DNA of 64,000 nucleotides from Rhodothermales bacterium (GCA_965214485.1 CBDCBW010000015.1:338000-401999), one strand, 5' to 3'; counted from the stretch's first letter, positions 1 to 9,446 are shown. Notes: generated by a model not told the origin, from the letters alone. Program-made: numbers and translations.

Positions 1-9
1 TTCCTTGCC

Positions 10-72
10 ATTCCCCCCATTCCCCCCATTCCCCCCATTCCCCCCATTCCCCCCATTCCCCCCATTCCCCCC
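10..72. repeat. 9-bp tandem repeat (ATTCCCCCC) x7 upstream of a lipoprotein gene
   Basis: Read directly: seven perfect head-to-tail copies at 10-72, then a degenerate AATTCCCT. The repeat ends 16 nt before the ATG at 88. Confidence 0.95.
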
Positions 73-87
73 AATTCCCTCTCTTCC

Positions 88-438
88 ATGAGAGCACGCC
101 CCCTTTCGCTCGCCCTCCTCCTGGTCCTCGTCGCCGGGTGCGGCGGTGAGCAGACCGCGCTCGACGCCCACGTCGAGGGGTTCCGGCTCGTCCGAGAGGA
201 GGACGGGCGGCAGGTCGTCACCGGCTACCTCGTCAACCCGACCGACCGGGCGCTCGCCAGCGCGGTGGTCAACGTGGACCTCTACGACCAGCCGGTCGAG
301 CCGGGCGTCGAGCCGGTCGAGACGATGCGGGTGGAGGTGCGCGAGATCGCGCCGGGCGAGCGCAAGCGGTTCCGGCAGACGGTGGACACGCAGCTCACGC
401 TCAGCGGCGCGCGCTCCGGGCGCATCGTCGTGCGGTGA
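88..438 (+). CDS. Small lipoprotein, function unknown
   Basis: 116-aa ORF. N-terminus MRARPLSLALLLVLVAGCGG is a signal peptide plus lipobox (LVAGC). Confidence 0.7.
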   Translation: MRARPLSLALLLVLVAGCGGEQTALDAHVEGFRLVREEDGRQVVTGYLVNPTDRALASAVVNVDLYDQPVEPGVEPVETMRVEVREIAPGERKRFRQTVDTQLTLSGARSGRIVVR

Positions 439-520
439 AGCAGAGGGCGGTACGTCAGCAATCAGCGTCGTGGGCACGGAGCGCCACGGCTTACCTCGTC
501 CGGTTTTATTCCCCCTCCCC

Positions 521-1264
521 TCACGCCGTCGCCGCGAGCACTGTCATCAGCTTGTTGGCGATCGTCTCCATCTCGGCGGGCTTGACGAGGTAGCCCTCGC
601 TGCTGACGCTGAGGGCCTTGAGGACTGTGTCGGTGTCGTCCTCCGCCGTCAGGAACACCACCGGCACGTCCTTCAGCCGAGCGTCCTCGCACATCAGCCG
701 GGTCGCCTCCAGGCCGTTCATCCTCGGCATTTGGATGTCCATCAGGATGATGTCGGGCGGGCGCTGCGTCGCCGTCGCCACGGCCTCCTCGCCGTCGGCG
801 GCGGAGACGGAGCGGAAGCCGACCTGCTCGAGGTAAAACCGGACCGCGTCGCGGACCGGCTGCTCGTCGTCGACGACGAGCACGAGCGCCTGATCGTAGC
901 CGGCGTCGGTGTGGGTCGGCGGCTCGTGCTTCGGGAGGACGTCCTGCGCCTCCTCCCCGGACCGGACCAGCATCGCCACCCTCTCGCCGAGCCGCTCGCG
1001 CCACGCGTCGAGACCGTCCCGGCTCCCGAAGAACGACGACAGCGCCACGTCGAGCAGGCCGGCCGCCTCGCTGACGCGGGCGAAGCCGTACATCCCGGCG
1101 CTGCCGCGCAGCTTGTGGACCTGCCCGTGGAGCTCCCGGAGATCGCCCTCGCCCGTCGCCCGGTCCCACAGCGTCTGGACCTCCGTCAGGCGGCCGCCGA
1201 GGTCGCGGGCATAGGCACCGCGCTGGGCTTGCATCTGCGCGTGGAAAGTGTGGAGGTCAGACAT
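521..1264 (-). CDS. Hpt-domain / receiver-domain phosphotransfer protein
   Basis: C-terminal 247 aa of track ORF 521..6061, starting at ATG 1264 (MSDLHTFHAQ). Hpt motif HKLRGSAGMYGF. REC motifs LVVDDE and DIILMDIQMPRMNG...KP. Confidence 0.85.
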   Translation of the reverse strand: MSDLHTFHAQMQAQRGAYARDLGGRLTEVQTLWDRATGEGDLRELHGQVHKLRGSAGMYGFARVSEAAGLLDVALSSFFGSRDGLDAWRERLGERVAMLVRSGEEAQDVLPKHEPPTHTDAGYDQALVLVVDDEQPVRDAVRFYLEQVGFRSVSAADGEEAVATATQRPPDIILMDIQMPRMNGLEATRLMCEDARLKDVPVVFLTAEDDTDTVLKALSVSSEGYLVKPAEMETIANKLMTVLAATA

Positions 1265-1431
1265 AGCGGTAGAGGGGCTGATTCGTAGGTGAGGCAGGGG
1301 TGAAGAACGGCGGACCGGGCGGGGACTGAGTCCCGGAGGGCTGGGCGGTGCAAGGAGGGGGGCGAGGGGTTGCGTGGCCGAGGCAAGGCCGGGGCGAACC
1401 CAGGCGCACGCACACCCACGGGCGCTGCGCG

Positions 1432-1821
1432 CTAGGCGTAGCGGTAGCTCCAGATGGCGCGGACCCGCTCCGGCAGGGCGACGGGGTCGAACGGCTTCTG
1501 GATGACCTCGGCGATGCCGAGGGTCTGGTAGTGGTTGACCTCGTGGAGCTGCGCCTTCGCGGTGAGGAAGACCACCGGCGTCGCCGTCAGCGCGGGCCGC
1601 TTGCGCAGCTCGAGGAGCGTCGTCGGGCCGTCCATCTCGGGCATCATCACGTCGAGCAGGATGAGGTCCGGCGTGAACGCGTCGAGGCGGTCGAGGGCCT
1701 CGACGCCGTTTGAGGCGGTCTCGACGTCGAAGCCGCCGATCGTGTCGAGCGACAGGTGGATGATCGAGCGGATGTCCGGGTCGTCTTCGACGACGAGGAT
1801 GCGCTGGAGGGCGTGGGGCAT
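1432..1821 (-). CDS. Single-domain (CheY-like) response regulator
   Basis: 129 aa. Motifs ILVVEDDPDIR, DLILLDVMMPEMDG, FLTAK and KPF. Confidence 0.9.
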   Translation of the reverse strand: MPHALQRILVVEDDPDIRSIIHLSLDTIGGFDVETASNGVEALDRLDAFTPDLILLDVMMPEMDGPTTLLELRKRPALTATPVVFLTAKAQLHEVNHYQTLGIAEVIQKPFDPVALPERVRAIWSYRYA

Positions 1822-1833
1822 GGGGGGCGAGGG

Positions 1834-4800
1834 TTAAGCGGAAACAGGGGGGCCCGGCTCGGGCTCGGCGGGCTCGGTCTCGTCCGGTGCGGTGTGGCCG
1901 ATGGCGCTGCAGACGGCGTAGAGCAGCTCGGCGTGGTCCACGGGGCCCTTGACGAGGTGGCCGACGGCGCGCTGCGCGGCCTCGGCGTCGGTGGCGCGGG
2001 CCGAGCAGATAGCGACGGGCGTCTCGGTCTCCTTGAGGAGCGGGAGCAGGTCTAGGCCGTCGCCGTCGGGGAGGCCGAGGTCGAGGATGGCGAGGTCGAA
2101 GCGCTGCGCCGCGAGGGCGGCGCGGGCCTCGGCAAGCGTGCCGACCTGCACCACCGCGCCGACCTGCGCCAGGAGGGTTGCCGTGACCTCCGCGCAGTCG
2201 AGGTCGTCCTCGACGTGGAGGATGCGCGCGGCGGGCGACGCGGCGACGCGCTGCACGGTGTCGAGGAGCTGGTCCTCGCTGAACGGCTTGTCGAACCAGT
2301 CGGCGACGGGGAGTGCGCCGCCGCGCCAGCCGTCGCCCGAGGCGGTGCCGTCGCCGGCGAGCGCCTCGTCGCCGAGGGCGCTGCGGCGCTCGCTGGCCTC
2401 CACCGAGACCACGATGACGGGAAAGTCGCAGTCGCCCCACTCGCGCAGCAGCTCGACGCCGTCGGCGTCGGGCAGGCGGAGGTCGAGCGTCGCGGCGACG
2501 TAGGCGCGCTCGGCGACGCGGGCGCGCGCCTGCCGCGCGCTCGAGGCGATGTCCACGCGGAAGCCGTTCTGGGTGAGCAGCTCGTTGAGCAGGTGCGCCA
2601 CGTCGAAGTTGTCCTCGACCACCAGCACGGCGGGCCGCCGGTCGTGGGCTGGATGCAGCGCGGGCACCGCCGCTGCCGGCGGCAGCTCGACGAAGAACGT
2701 CGTCCCCTCGCCGAGCTCGGTCTCGAAGCGGAGCGTCCCGCCGTGGAGCTCCACAAGCGACTTGGTCAGGGCGAGGCCCAGCCCGGAGCCGTCCTTCTTG
2801 CGCGTGTCCGAGCTGTCGGCCTGCGCGAACTTGTCGAAGAGGCGCGCCCGGAACGCCTCGGGGATGCCCTCGCCGTGGTCGGTGACGGCGATGCGGACGA
2901 GGCCGTCCTGCTCCTCGGCGACGACCTCGACGGACCCCTCGGGGGGCGAGAACTTGACCGCGTTCGAGATCAGGTTCGCCATGATCTGCATGAAGCGGTC
3001 CGGGTCCACGACGACGTGGGCGTCCGGGGCGGCCTGCCGGAGGCAGAGCACCACGCCGCGCCGCGCGCCGTAGCCCTCGTTGGCCTCGACGGCGGCGTCG
3101 AGCAGCGCGCCGAGCGGCAGCGTGCCGAGCTCGAGCTCCATCTTGCCGGCCTCGATCCTCTGGACGTCGAGCAGGTCGTTGATGAGGCGGACGAGGCGGT
3201 CCGAGTTGCGGCCCGCGATGTCGAGCAGCCGGAGCGTCGGCGCGGGGACCTCGCCCGTCGCCTGCGCCGAGATCAGGCGGAGCGAGCCGGCGATCGAGGT
3301 GAGCGGCGTCCGCAGTTCGTGGCTGACCATCGAGATGAAATCGTTCTTGATCTGGTCGGCCTGCTTGCGCGCGGTGATGTCGACGACCTCGGCGACGAGG
3401 TGCTCGACGGCCCCGTCGGTGCCGGTGACGGCGGCGACGCTGAACAGGCTCCACACGGGGTGGCCGTCGCGGTGGAGGTAGCGCTTCTCGACGGCGAAGC
3501 TGTCGATTGCGCCCGAGAGGAGGTCCTCCAGGCGCGCCTCGCTGCACCTGAGGTCGTCCGGGTGGGTCATCTCCTGAAACGAGCGGGCGAGCAGTTCCTC
3601 TTCGCCGTAGCCGAGGAGGCCGCAGAGCGCGGGGTTGACGCGGAGGAAGCGCCCGGCCGTGTCGAGCAGGCCCTTGCCGATGGCGGCGTTTTTGAACGCA
3701 CTGCGGAAGCGGCTCTCGCTCGCGCGCAGCGCCTCCCCCGCCCGCCGGCGCTCCACCGCGTGGGTGACCCACAGCCCGAGGAGGCGGACGAAGTCGCGGT
3801 CCTGCTCGCTGAAGGGCGTGCCGGGCGGCTCGGCGCTGGAGAAGTTCAGCGTGCCGTAGACCTCGCCGTCGACGCACACCGGGATGCCGAGGTAGGCCTC
3901 GAGCCCGAAGGCCTCGTAGCACGGGTGCCCGCGGTGCTCCGAGCGCTCCATGTGGTCGATGGCGACGACATCGTCGCAGTCGAGCGTGATGGCGCAGTAG
4001 GTCTGGCCGAGGTCGAACGTCTGGCCCGGCGCGAGGTCGGTGCCGGGCGCGTAGACGTTTTCGACGGCGTAGGTCTCCCCCTCGACGCGGCTGAGAATGC
4101 CGATGTCGAGGCCGAGCAGGCGGGTAGTGAGCGAGAGGGTGTTGTGGATCTGCGCGCTGAGGCTTTCCGAGCTGTCCGAGGTCGCCTGGAGCAAAAGCTG
4201 GAGGCGCTCGGCGCTTTCTTGCACCTCCGCCTCGGTCTGTTTGCGCACGGTGATGTCCTGCACCTCGGCGATGAGGTGGAGCACCTGCCCGTCGGCCCCG
4301 ACCTGGCGCGCGACCGAGAGCAGGCCCCACACGACGTGGCCGTCGCGGTGGAGGTAGCGCTTCTCGAGCTCGTAGCTCTTGATCTCGCCCGCGGTGAGCT
4401 GCATGAACTGCTCGACGTCGAGGTCGATGTCCTCGCGGTGGGTGAACTCCGTGAAGTCCATCCCGAGCATCTCGGCCTCGGTGTAGCCGAGCATCGCGCA
4501 CAGCGTCTGGTTGACCTGGAGCGGCTGGCCCTCGGGCCCGACGAGGGCCTTGCCGATGGCGGCGTCCTCGAAGGCGGTGCGGAACAGCTCCTGGCTCTCG
4601 TGCAGCGCCGCCTCGGCGGCCTTGCGCTCGGTGATGTCGCGGATGATGCCGGTGTAGAAGGGCTCGTCGCCCTCGGTCCACGACGAGAGGGCGAGCTCCA
4701 GGGGGAACTCTTCCCCGCTGCGGCGCAGCCCCGTCAGCTCCACGGGCGTGCCGATCACGCGGCTCTCGCCGGTCTGCCGGCGGCGCGCCATGCCGAGCGC

Positions 4801-5733
4801 GTGGCCTTCGCGGAGGCGCTCCGGCATGAGGCGCTCGAGCGCCGTCCCGAGGGCCTCCTCGCGGGCGAGGCCGAAGAGCGCTTCCGCCCCCTGATTCCAG
4901 TCGATGATCCGCCCCTCCGCGTCCGAGAGGATGATCGCGTCGGGGGCCGAGTCGGTGATGTTGCGCAGCCGGGCCTCGCTCCGGCGCAGCGCGTGCTCGG
5001 TGGTCTTGTAGGCCGTCACGTCCCGGAACGTGACGGCGAACCCGTCGCCGCGCCGGACGGCGGTGTTCTCGAAATAGGCCGTGATGCCGTCGTAGTCGTA
5101 GAAGAAGCTGCCGTGGTAGGGGTCGCCGGTTTCGACGACGCCGCAGTAGGCGTCGAACAGGCCTTCCTTCTTGTTGCCCGGCAGCTCGTCCAGCATCCGC
5201 TTGCCGAGCAGGTCGTCCGCCGAGCGCCCAACGACGGCCTCCGCCGCCGGGTTGACCGCCTCGAAGGCGAAGTCGATGATGGTGCCGCGGGCGTCGCGGA
5301 CGGCGTCGAAGACCATCATCCCGTCGCGCGAGGAGGTGAGCACGCCGGCGAGCAGGTCCCGGGATTTTTCCAGCGCGCGCGGAGCCGACAGCAGCGCGGC
5401 CAGGCCGCGGTCGATCCGCTGGAAGTTCCACGCCAGCAGGGCCAGCGAGGCGAGGCTGGCCGTGACGAGGACGCCGAGCACGTACATCCCCACCAGGCCG
5501 TCGGCCGGGAGGCCGGCGAAGGTGAGGAAGACGCAGTGGACCGAGGCGAGTGGAATAAACGCCAGCACCAGCAAGGCTTCCAGCGCGTAGGTCCGGCGTA
5601 GCTGCCCGCTCGCCACGAGCGCCCGCGTGCGCCGGAGGTAGAGCGCGAAGCCCAGCGCCGCGATGCCCAGGTACGGCAGCATCACGCCGAAGCCGTGAAG
5701 CCACTCGTAGAGCATAGACGGATCGTGGGGCAT
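1834..5733 (-). CDS. Hybrid sensor histidine kinase (TM region, PAS x3, GAF, PAS, HisKA, HATPase_c, two receiver domains)
   Basis: Track ORF 1834..5793. Likely start is MPHDPSMLYEW at 5733, with an alternative at 5793. H-box SHELRTPL, ATPase motifs DHGEGI and GSGLGL, REC motifs VLVVEDN...LDLRLPDADG and ILHVEDD...LDLGLPDGDG, repeated PAS-like blocks. Confidence 0.9.
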   Translation of the reverse strand: MPHDPSMLYEWLHGFGVMLPYLGIAALGFALYLRRTRALVASGQLRRTYALEALLVLAFIPLASVHCVFLTFAGLPADGLVGMYVLGVLVTASLASLALLAWNFQRIDRGLAALLSAPRALEKSRDLLAGVLTSSRDGMMVFDAVRDARGTIIDFAFEAVNPAAEAVVGRSADDLLGKRMLDELPGNKKEGLFDAYCGVVETGDPYHGSFFYDYDGITAYFENTAVRRGDGFAVTFRDVTAYKTTEHALRRSEARLRNITDSAPDAIILSDAEGRIIDWNQGAEALFGLAREEALGTALERLMPERLREGHALGMARRRQTGESRVIGTPVELTGLRRSGEEFPLELALSSWTEGDEPFYTGIIRDITERKAAEAALHESQELFRTAFEDAAIGKALVGPEGQPLQVNQTLCAMLGYTEAEMLGMDFTEFTHREDIDLDVEQFMQLTAGEIKSYELEKRYLHRDGHVVWGLLSVARQVGADGQVLHLIAEVQDITVRKQTEAEVQESAERLQLLLQATSDSSESLSAQIHNTLSLTTRLLGLDIGILSRVEGETYAVENVYAPGTDLAPGQTFDLGQTYCAITLDCDDVVAIDHMERSEHRGHPCYEAFGLEAYLGIPVCVDGEVYGTLNFSSAEPPGTPFSEQDRDFVRLLGLWVTHAVERRRAGEALRASESRFRSAFKNAAIGKGLLDTAGRFLRVNPALCGLLGYGEEELLARSFQEMTHPDDLRCSEARLEDLLSGAIDSFAVEKRYLHRDGHPVWSLFSVAAVTGTDGAVEHLVAEVVDITARKQADQIKNDFISMVSHELRTPLTSIAGSLRLISAQATGEVPAPTLRLLDIAGRNSDRLVRLINDLLDVQRIEAGKMELELGTLPLGALLDAAVEANEGYGARRGVVLCLRQAAPDAHVVVDPDRFMQIMANLISNAVKFSPPEGSVEVVAEEQDGLVRIAVTDHGEGIPEAFRARLFDKFAQADSSDTRKKDGSGLGLALTKSLVELHGGTLRFETELGEGTTFFVELPPAAAVPALHPAHDRRPAVLVVEDNFDVAHLLNELLTQNGFRVDIASSARQARARVAERAYVAATLDLRLPDADGVELLREWGDCDFPVIVVSVEASERRSALGDEALAGDGTASGDGWRGGALPVADWFDKPFSEDQLLDTVQRVAASPAARILHVEDDLDCAEVTATLLAQVGAVVQVGTLAEARAALAAQRFDLAILDLGLPDGDGLDLLPLLKETETPVAICSARATDAEAAQRAVGHLVKGPVDHAELLYAVCSAIGHTAPDETEPAEPEPGPPVSA

Positions 5734-6099
5734 GGTTTCGTCGTTGGGGCGGGGTCCCGGGCGCGGTGCCCGGCTGCCCCCCGCTCTCCCCACACTGAGC
5801 CGCCGGGAGGCGCGGACCCGGCGGCGCGCTTCGTGCTGCGGCTTTTGTCAAGGCAGCGTTCCAAATCCCGCCAGAGCTCGGGCCGCCTGCCGCCGCTGCC
5901 TCGGCGCGCGAGGGAAGCTTTTTCCGAGGCCCGCTCGCCCTGGTTGCCGCGCGGCTTCGTTTCGGTTTCGTGATGCCTCGGCGCGGGCCCGGCGGCGATG
6001 TTTGTCTGCCCGAGCCGGTGTTCGTTCGGACGAGTATCTTTCCCACCGCACGCTCCCGCACGCTCCCGCTTCGCTCTTTCCACCCTCCCTCCTACCCCG

Positions 6100-6432
6100 A
6101 TGGAAACGTACTACAAGCCCGAAGACCTGGGCAAATTCGGCGACATCGCCGAGGGCAATGAGCCCCTGGCCGCCGCCTTCTTCAGCTACTACGGCCAAGT
6201 CTTCGAGGACGGCGCGCTCTCGGCCCGGGAGAAGGCCCTGATCGCGCTCGCCGTGGCGCACGCCGTCCAGTGCCCCTACTGCATCGACGCCTACACGTCG
6301 GAGTCGCTCGAGAAGGGCGCGGACCTGGAGCAGATGACCGAGGCCGTCCACGTCGCCGCCGCGATCCGGGGCGGGGCCTCGCTCGTCCACGGCGTCCAGA
6401 TGCTCGAGCACGCTAAAGCCAAGATGATGTGA
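6100..6432 (+). CDS. AhpD-like / carboxymuconolactone decarboxylase family protein (arsenosugar-biosynthesis-associated peroxidase-like type)
   Basis: 110 aa from ATG 6100 (METYYKPEDL). CxxC motif VQCPYCIDAYT. Sits next to an ArsS-type radical SAM gene. Confidence 0.75.
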   Translation: METYYKPEDLGKFGDIAEGNEPLAAAFFSYYGQVFEDGALSAREKALIALAVAHAVQCPYCIDAYTSESLEKGADLEQMTEAVHVAAAIRGGASLVHGVQMLEHAKAKMM

Positions 6433-6786
6433 AGCCGAAGCGTAAGGCCTAGTGCTACGACAACTCGATTCTGACAGGCTCTCGGCAGCCCGTGCGCCGC
6501 GCGTCAGCGTTGACCTCGTCGCCCGATGCGGTGCATCTAGCTCCTCGGTCGCCTTGACTCGCAGCACCCGAACACGCCGATCTACCCGTCATTCTGCTCG
6601 TGTCGAAGCACTAGGCCCCGTCGCGTAGGTCGGTCCGTCGGCGAGCGAGGTGGCCCGCGAGCAAGGCCGCCGGCCCTGCTCCACCGCCCGCCGTTGGCTG
6701 AGCACGACCTGAGCACGGGGCGGCCTGGACGCCCCCCGCCGCCAGCTGTATATAGTCCGCCCAAACGATCCCCAACCCTAGCCTCC

Positions 6787-7944
6787 ATGAGCACCGCCGA
6801 CCCCGGCTACATCGACCTCACCGTGCTGAGCCGCGAGCTGCTCCTCGACTCCGAGGCGGCAGGCCCGAAGCGCACGACGAGCCTGCACGCCCGCCGCACC
6901 CCGCTCACCGAGCCCGCCGCGCAGTTCCGCGCGCTCAACGCCGCCGCAGTCTCCGGCGGCCCCACCGGCACCGGCCACTTCGGGGCCGACCTCGCCGCGA
7001 GCGGCTGGCCCGGCCTGAGGCCCGCCCCGCTCGAGGTCTTCCAGATCAACGTCGGCAAGCTGTGCAACATGACGTGCCGCCACTGCCACGTGGACTCGGG
7101 GCCGGACCGCACCGACGAGAACATGGACCGGGCGACGGTCGACGCCTGCCTCGCGGCCATCGACCAGGTCAGGGCGGCACCGGGCAGCGCCCTCCACACC
7201 GTGGACCTCACCGGCGGCGCGCCAGAGCTCAACCCGCACTTCGAGTACCTCGTCGAGGCGTGCGTGGCGCGCGGCCTCCACGTCATCGACCGCTGCAACC
7301 TGACGGTCCTGCTCGTCCGGCGCTACCGGCACCTGCCGGCGTGGCTCGCCGAGCGCGGCGTCGAGGTGGCGTGCTCGCTCCCGCACTACCGCAAGCTCGG
7401 CACCGACGCGCAGCGCGGCGACGGGACCTACGAGAAGTCCCTCGAAGCGCTTCGGCGGCTGAACGAGGCGGGCTACGGGCAGGGCGACGCGCGGCGCGTC
7501 CTCACGCTCGTCACAAACCCCGTCGGCGCGTTCCTCGCCGGCAGCCAGGGCTCGCTCGAAGCCGAGTGGAAGGCGGCCCTCGCGCAGCGCCACGGCGTGA
7601 CGTTCGACCGGCTCTTCGCGCTCAACAACATGCCGATGAGCCGCTACCTCGAGTGGCTGCTCGAAAAGGGCCTGACCGAGGCCTACCTCGAACGCCTGGC
7701 GACGGCCTTCAACCCGGCGACCATCGACGGGCTGATGTGCCGCAACACGGTCTCGGTGAGCTGGGACGGGCGGCTCTTCGACTGCGACTTCAACCAGCAG
7801 CTCGAGATGGACGCCGCCGTCCCCTTCGCCCACGTCTCCGACTTCGACCTCGCGGCGTGGCAGGCGCGCTCCGTCCTCACGGCGCGCCACTGCTACGGCT
7901 GCACCGCCGGGGCCGGCTCCTCCTGCGGCGGAGCCACGGCCTAG
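6787..7944 (+). CDS. arsS: Radical SAM / Cys-rich-domain protein of the arsenosugar biosynthesis ArsS type
   Basis: Start at ATG 6787 (MSTADPGYIDL). Radical-SAM cluster motif CNMTCRHCHV. C-terminal Cys-rich tail CYGCTAGAGSSCGG. Paired with the AhpD-like gene. Confidence 0.75.
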   Translation: MSTADPGYIDLTVLSRELLLDSEAAGPKRTTSLHARRTPLTEPAAQFRALNAAAVSGGPTGTGHFGADLAASGWPGLRPAPLEVFQINVGKLCNMTCRHCHVDSGPDRTDENMDRATVDACLAAIDQVRAAPGSALHTVDLTGGAPELNPHFEYLVEACVARGLHVIDRCNLTVLLVRRYRHLPAWLAERGVEVACSLPHYRKLGTDAQRGDGTYEKSLEALRRLNEAGYGQGDARRVLTLVTNPVGAFLAGSQGSLEAEWKAALAQRHGVTFDRLFALNNMPMSRYLEWLLEKGLTEAYLERLATAFNPATIDGLMCRNTVSVSWDGRLFDCDFNQQLEMDAAVPFAHVSDFDLAAWQARSVLTARHCYGCTAGAGSSCGGATA

Positions 7945-8051
7945 GGTCGTAGTCCTTTGTTCGTGCGCGCCCCCGGCCGTGCGCCCGCTGAGCGCAGCGA
8001 GCTCAGCGGAAGCGGGGATCGCCCACGAGCAACGGTCTTGCACGCTACGAC

Positions 8052-8414
8052 TTAAGACTCGGTCTCTTCGGTCACTTCGACCTGGTAGAGCCGGTCCTCG
8101 ATCTCGTCGGCGACTTCGCGGAGCTGCGCGTCGGAAAGCCCCTTGAGGACGCGGCGGGCGGCGCTCTTGAGCGCCCGGAGCGTCGCCCCCGCCGCCACGT
8201 CGATGACCTTCGTGACGAGCGGGCTGAGGCTGAAGAGCCGGGCTGGGGCGTAGAAGTGCACGTCGATGCCGACGCGGACGAACGCGTAGACGAGGGCGTC
8301 CACGGCACCGACCTTCTCGGCGCGCGGCGCGTCCGACCGGAGGAGCGCCACGACGCGCTCGGCCTCGGCGGCGAGGTCATCGGAGAGCGGGGTGCCGAGG
8401 AGGTGGTGCGTCAC
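8052..8414 (-). CDS. Hypothetical protein
   Basis: 120-aa ORF with non-repetitive, helix-rich composition (MTHHLLGTPLSDDLAAEAERVV...). No recognisable motif. Confidence 0.55.
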   Translation of the reverse strand: MTHHLLGTPLSDDLAAEAERVVALLRSDAPRAEKVGAVDALVYAFVRVGIDVHFYAPARLFSLSPLVTKVIDVAAGATLRALKSAARRVLKGLSDAQLREVADEIEDRLYQVEVTEETES

Positions 8415-8473
8415 GGTCCGGTGGGGCCTCTGCCACGGCGCGGCGGCGCGCGCCTAGGTGGAGCGGTGCGCGC

Positions 8474-9097
8474 CTAGTCGCCGCCGCAGCTCACGCAGCC
8501 CACGCCGGGGGCCTCGCCGGTGGTGCAGGTGCACGAGCACGCGCTCCCGTCGTCGGTCGTCCCGAAGCCGCCGGTGCAGAACAGGCCGAGCTCGCCCGAG
8601 GGCACGTCGCAGACGTCCTGGACGATGTAGCCGGCGAAGGGCCGGTCCGGGCCCTGGTGGCGGGCCGGGACGGAGATGTAGAGCACGTCGCGCTGGCTCG
8701 CGCACTCGGCGACCGCCGCGCCGGGGAGCACGAACCCGACGAGGTACGGCTCGTCGAGCGCCGGCCCGAGGGTCGTGCGCGCGAAGGCGACGGCCTCGGG
8801 GCTGGAGCGCGCGAGGTCGCTCAGCCACGCCTCGACGCCGCTGCGGTTCAGCCGCCGCGCGTCGGTCGTGTTGACCTCGGCGCGGTAGAGGCCGAAGAGG
8901 CCGTCGGTGAAGGCCTGCCGGAGGTCGTCCTCGGTCTCCTCGTAGAGCGGGTCAGGCTCGGGCTCGGGCTCGGGCTGGGTCACGACGGTCGGCCCCTGCG
9001 CCGTGGGCGGGGGCGGAGGCGGCGCGGTGACCGGCTCCGTGGCGGTGCAGGCTGCGAGGAAGAGGAGGGACAGGGCGAGCAGACGAGGGGACAGCAT
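8474..9097 (-). CDS. Lipoprotein with Cys-rich C-terminus, function unknown
   Basis: 207 aa. Signal/lipobox MLSPRLLALSLLFLAACT. C-terminal CxC-rich tail (ACSCTCTTGEAPGVGCVSCGGD). Confidence 0.65.
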   Translation of the reverse strand: MLSPRLLALSLLFLAACTATEPVTAPPPPPPTAQGPTVVTQPEPEPEPDPLYEETEDDLRQAFTDGLFGLYRAEVNTTDARRLNRSGVEAWLSDLARSSPEAVAFARTTLGPALDEPYLVGFVLPGAAVAECASQRDVLYISVPARHQGPDRPFAGYIVQDVCDVPSGELGLFCTGGFGTTDDGSACSCTCTTGEAPGVGCVSCGGD

Positions 9098-9131
9098 GGC
9101 GGGTTCGGCGAGGGAGGGGAAGGAGCGCTGG

Positions 9132-9446
9132 CTAGCGGTGGACGTTCTTCGACGTGTCGCGGACGCCCTCTTTGTAGCGGAGCACCTGGCGGCGGAGCTG
9201 GCGCACGCAGCCGCTGACGGCCTCCCGGTAGGTCGGGGCCGCGTCCTGCGCCGTCAGCGTTCGCCGCGAGACGTGGACCTTGACCTCTGCCCTCTTCCCT
9301 GACCGCCCTGCCTCGTGCCCGTCGAGGATGACGTGGGCGTCGTGGATGCCGTCGTAGTAACGGTCGAGCTTGGAGACGGACTGCTCGATGTGGGCGCGGA
9401 GTCCGTCGGAGAGGTCGGTGTGGCGGGCCGTGATGCGCGTCTGCAT
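9132..9446 (-). CDS. hpf: Ribosome hibernation promoting factor (HPF/RaiA family)
   Basis: 104 aa from ATG 9446. MQTRITARHTDLSDGLRAHIEQSVSKLDRYYDGI is typical of the sigma54-modulation/HPF family. Confidence 0.85.
   Translation of the reverse strand: MQTRITARHTDLSDGLRAHIEQSVSKLDRYYDGIHDAHVILDGHEAGRSGKRAEVKVHVSRRTLTAQDAAPTYREAVSGCVRQLRRQVLRYKEGVRDTSKNVHR

Noticed and set aside
2215-5601. 1128-aa plus-strand ORF antisense to the histidine kinase. The same kind of ORF occurs at 12440..15856, 8980..11400, 9552..11495, 24801-27170 plus strand, 30021..32000, 36000..37409, 38521..40770 and 59924..61918.
   Set aside because: These are antisense shadow ORFs with extreme Arg/Gly/Asp/Glu/Pro composition. 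Each lies opposite a gene with clear family motifs.
521-6061. Track ORF of 1846 aa on the minus strand
   Set aside because: Only its last 247 codons (521..1264, Hpt-REC) look like protein. The rest is Arg/Pro/Ala-rich shadow-frame sequence that overlaps, out of frame, the well-supported genes at 1432..1821 and 1834..5733. This is typical of high-GC DNA.
6623-6648. 26-bp sequence CGTAGGTCGGTCCGTCGGCGAGCGAG, repeated at 61952-61977 with one mismatch, as a dispersed regulatory repeat
   Set aside because: Only two short copies are visible and the flanks diverge quickly. Without a genome-wide count it cannot be distinguished from a fragment of a common REP-type repeat. It is noted only.
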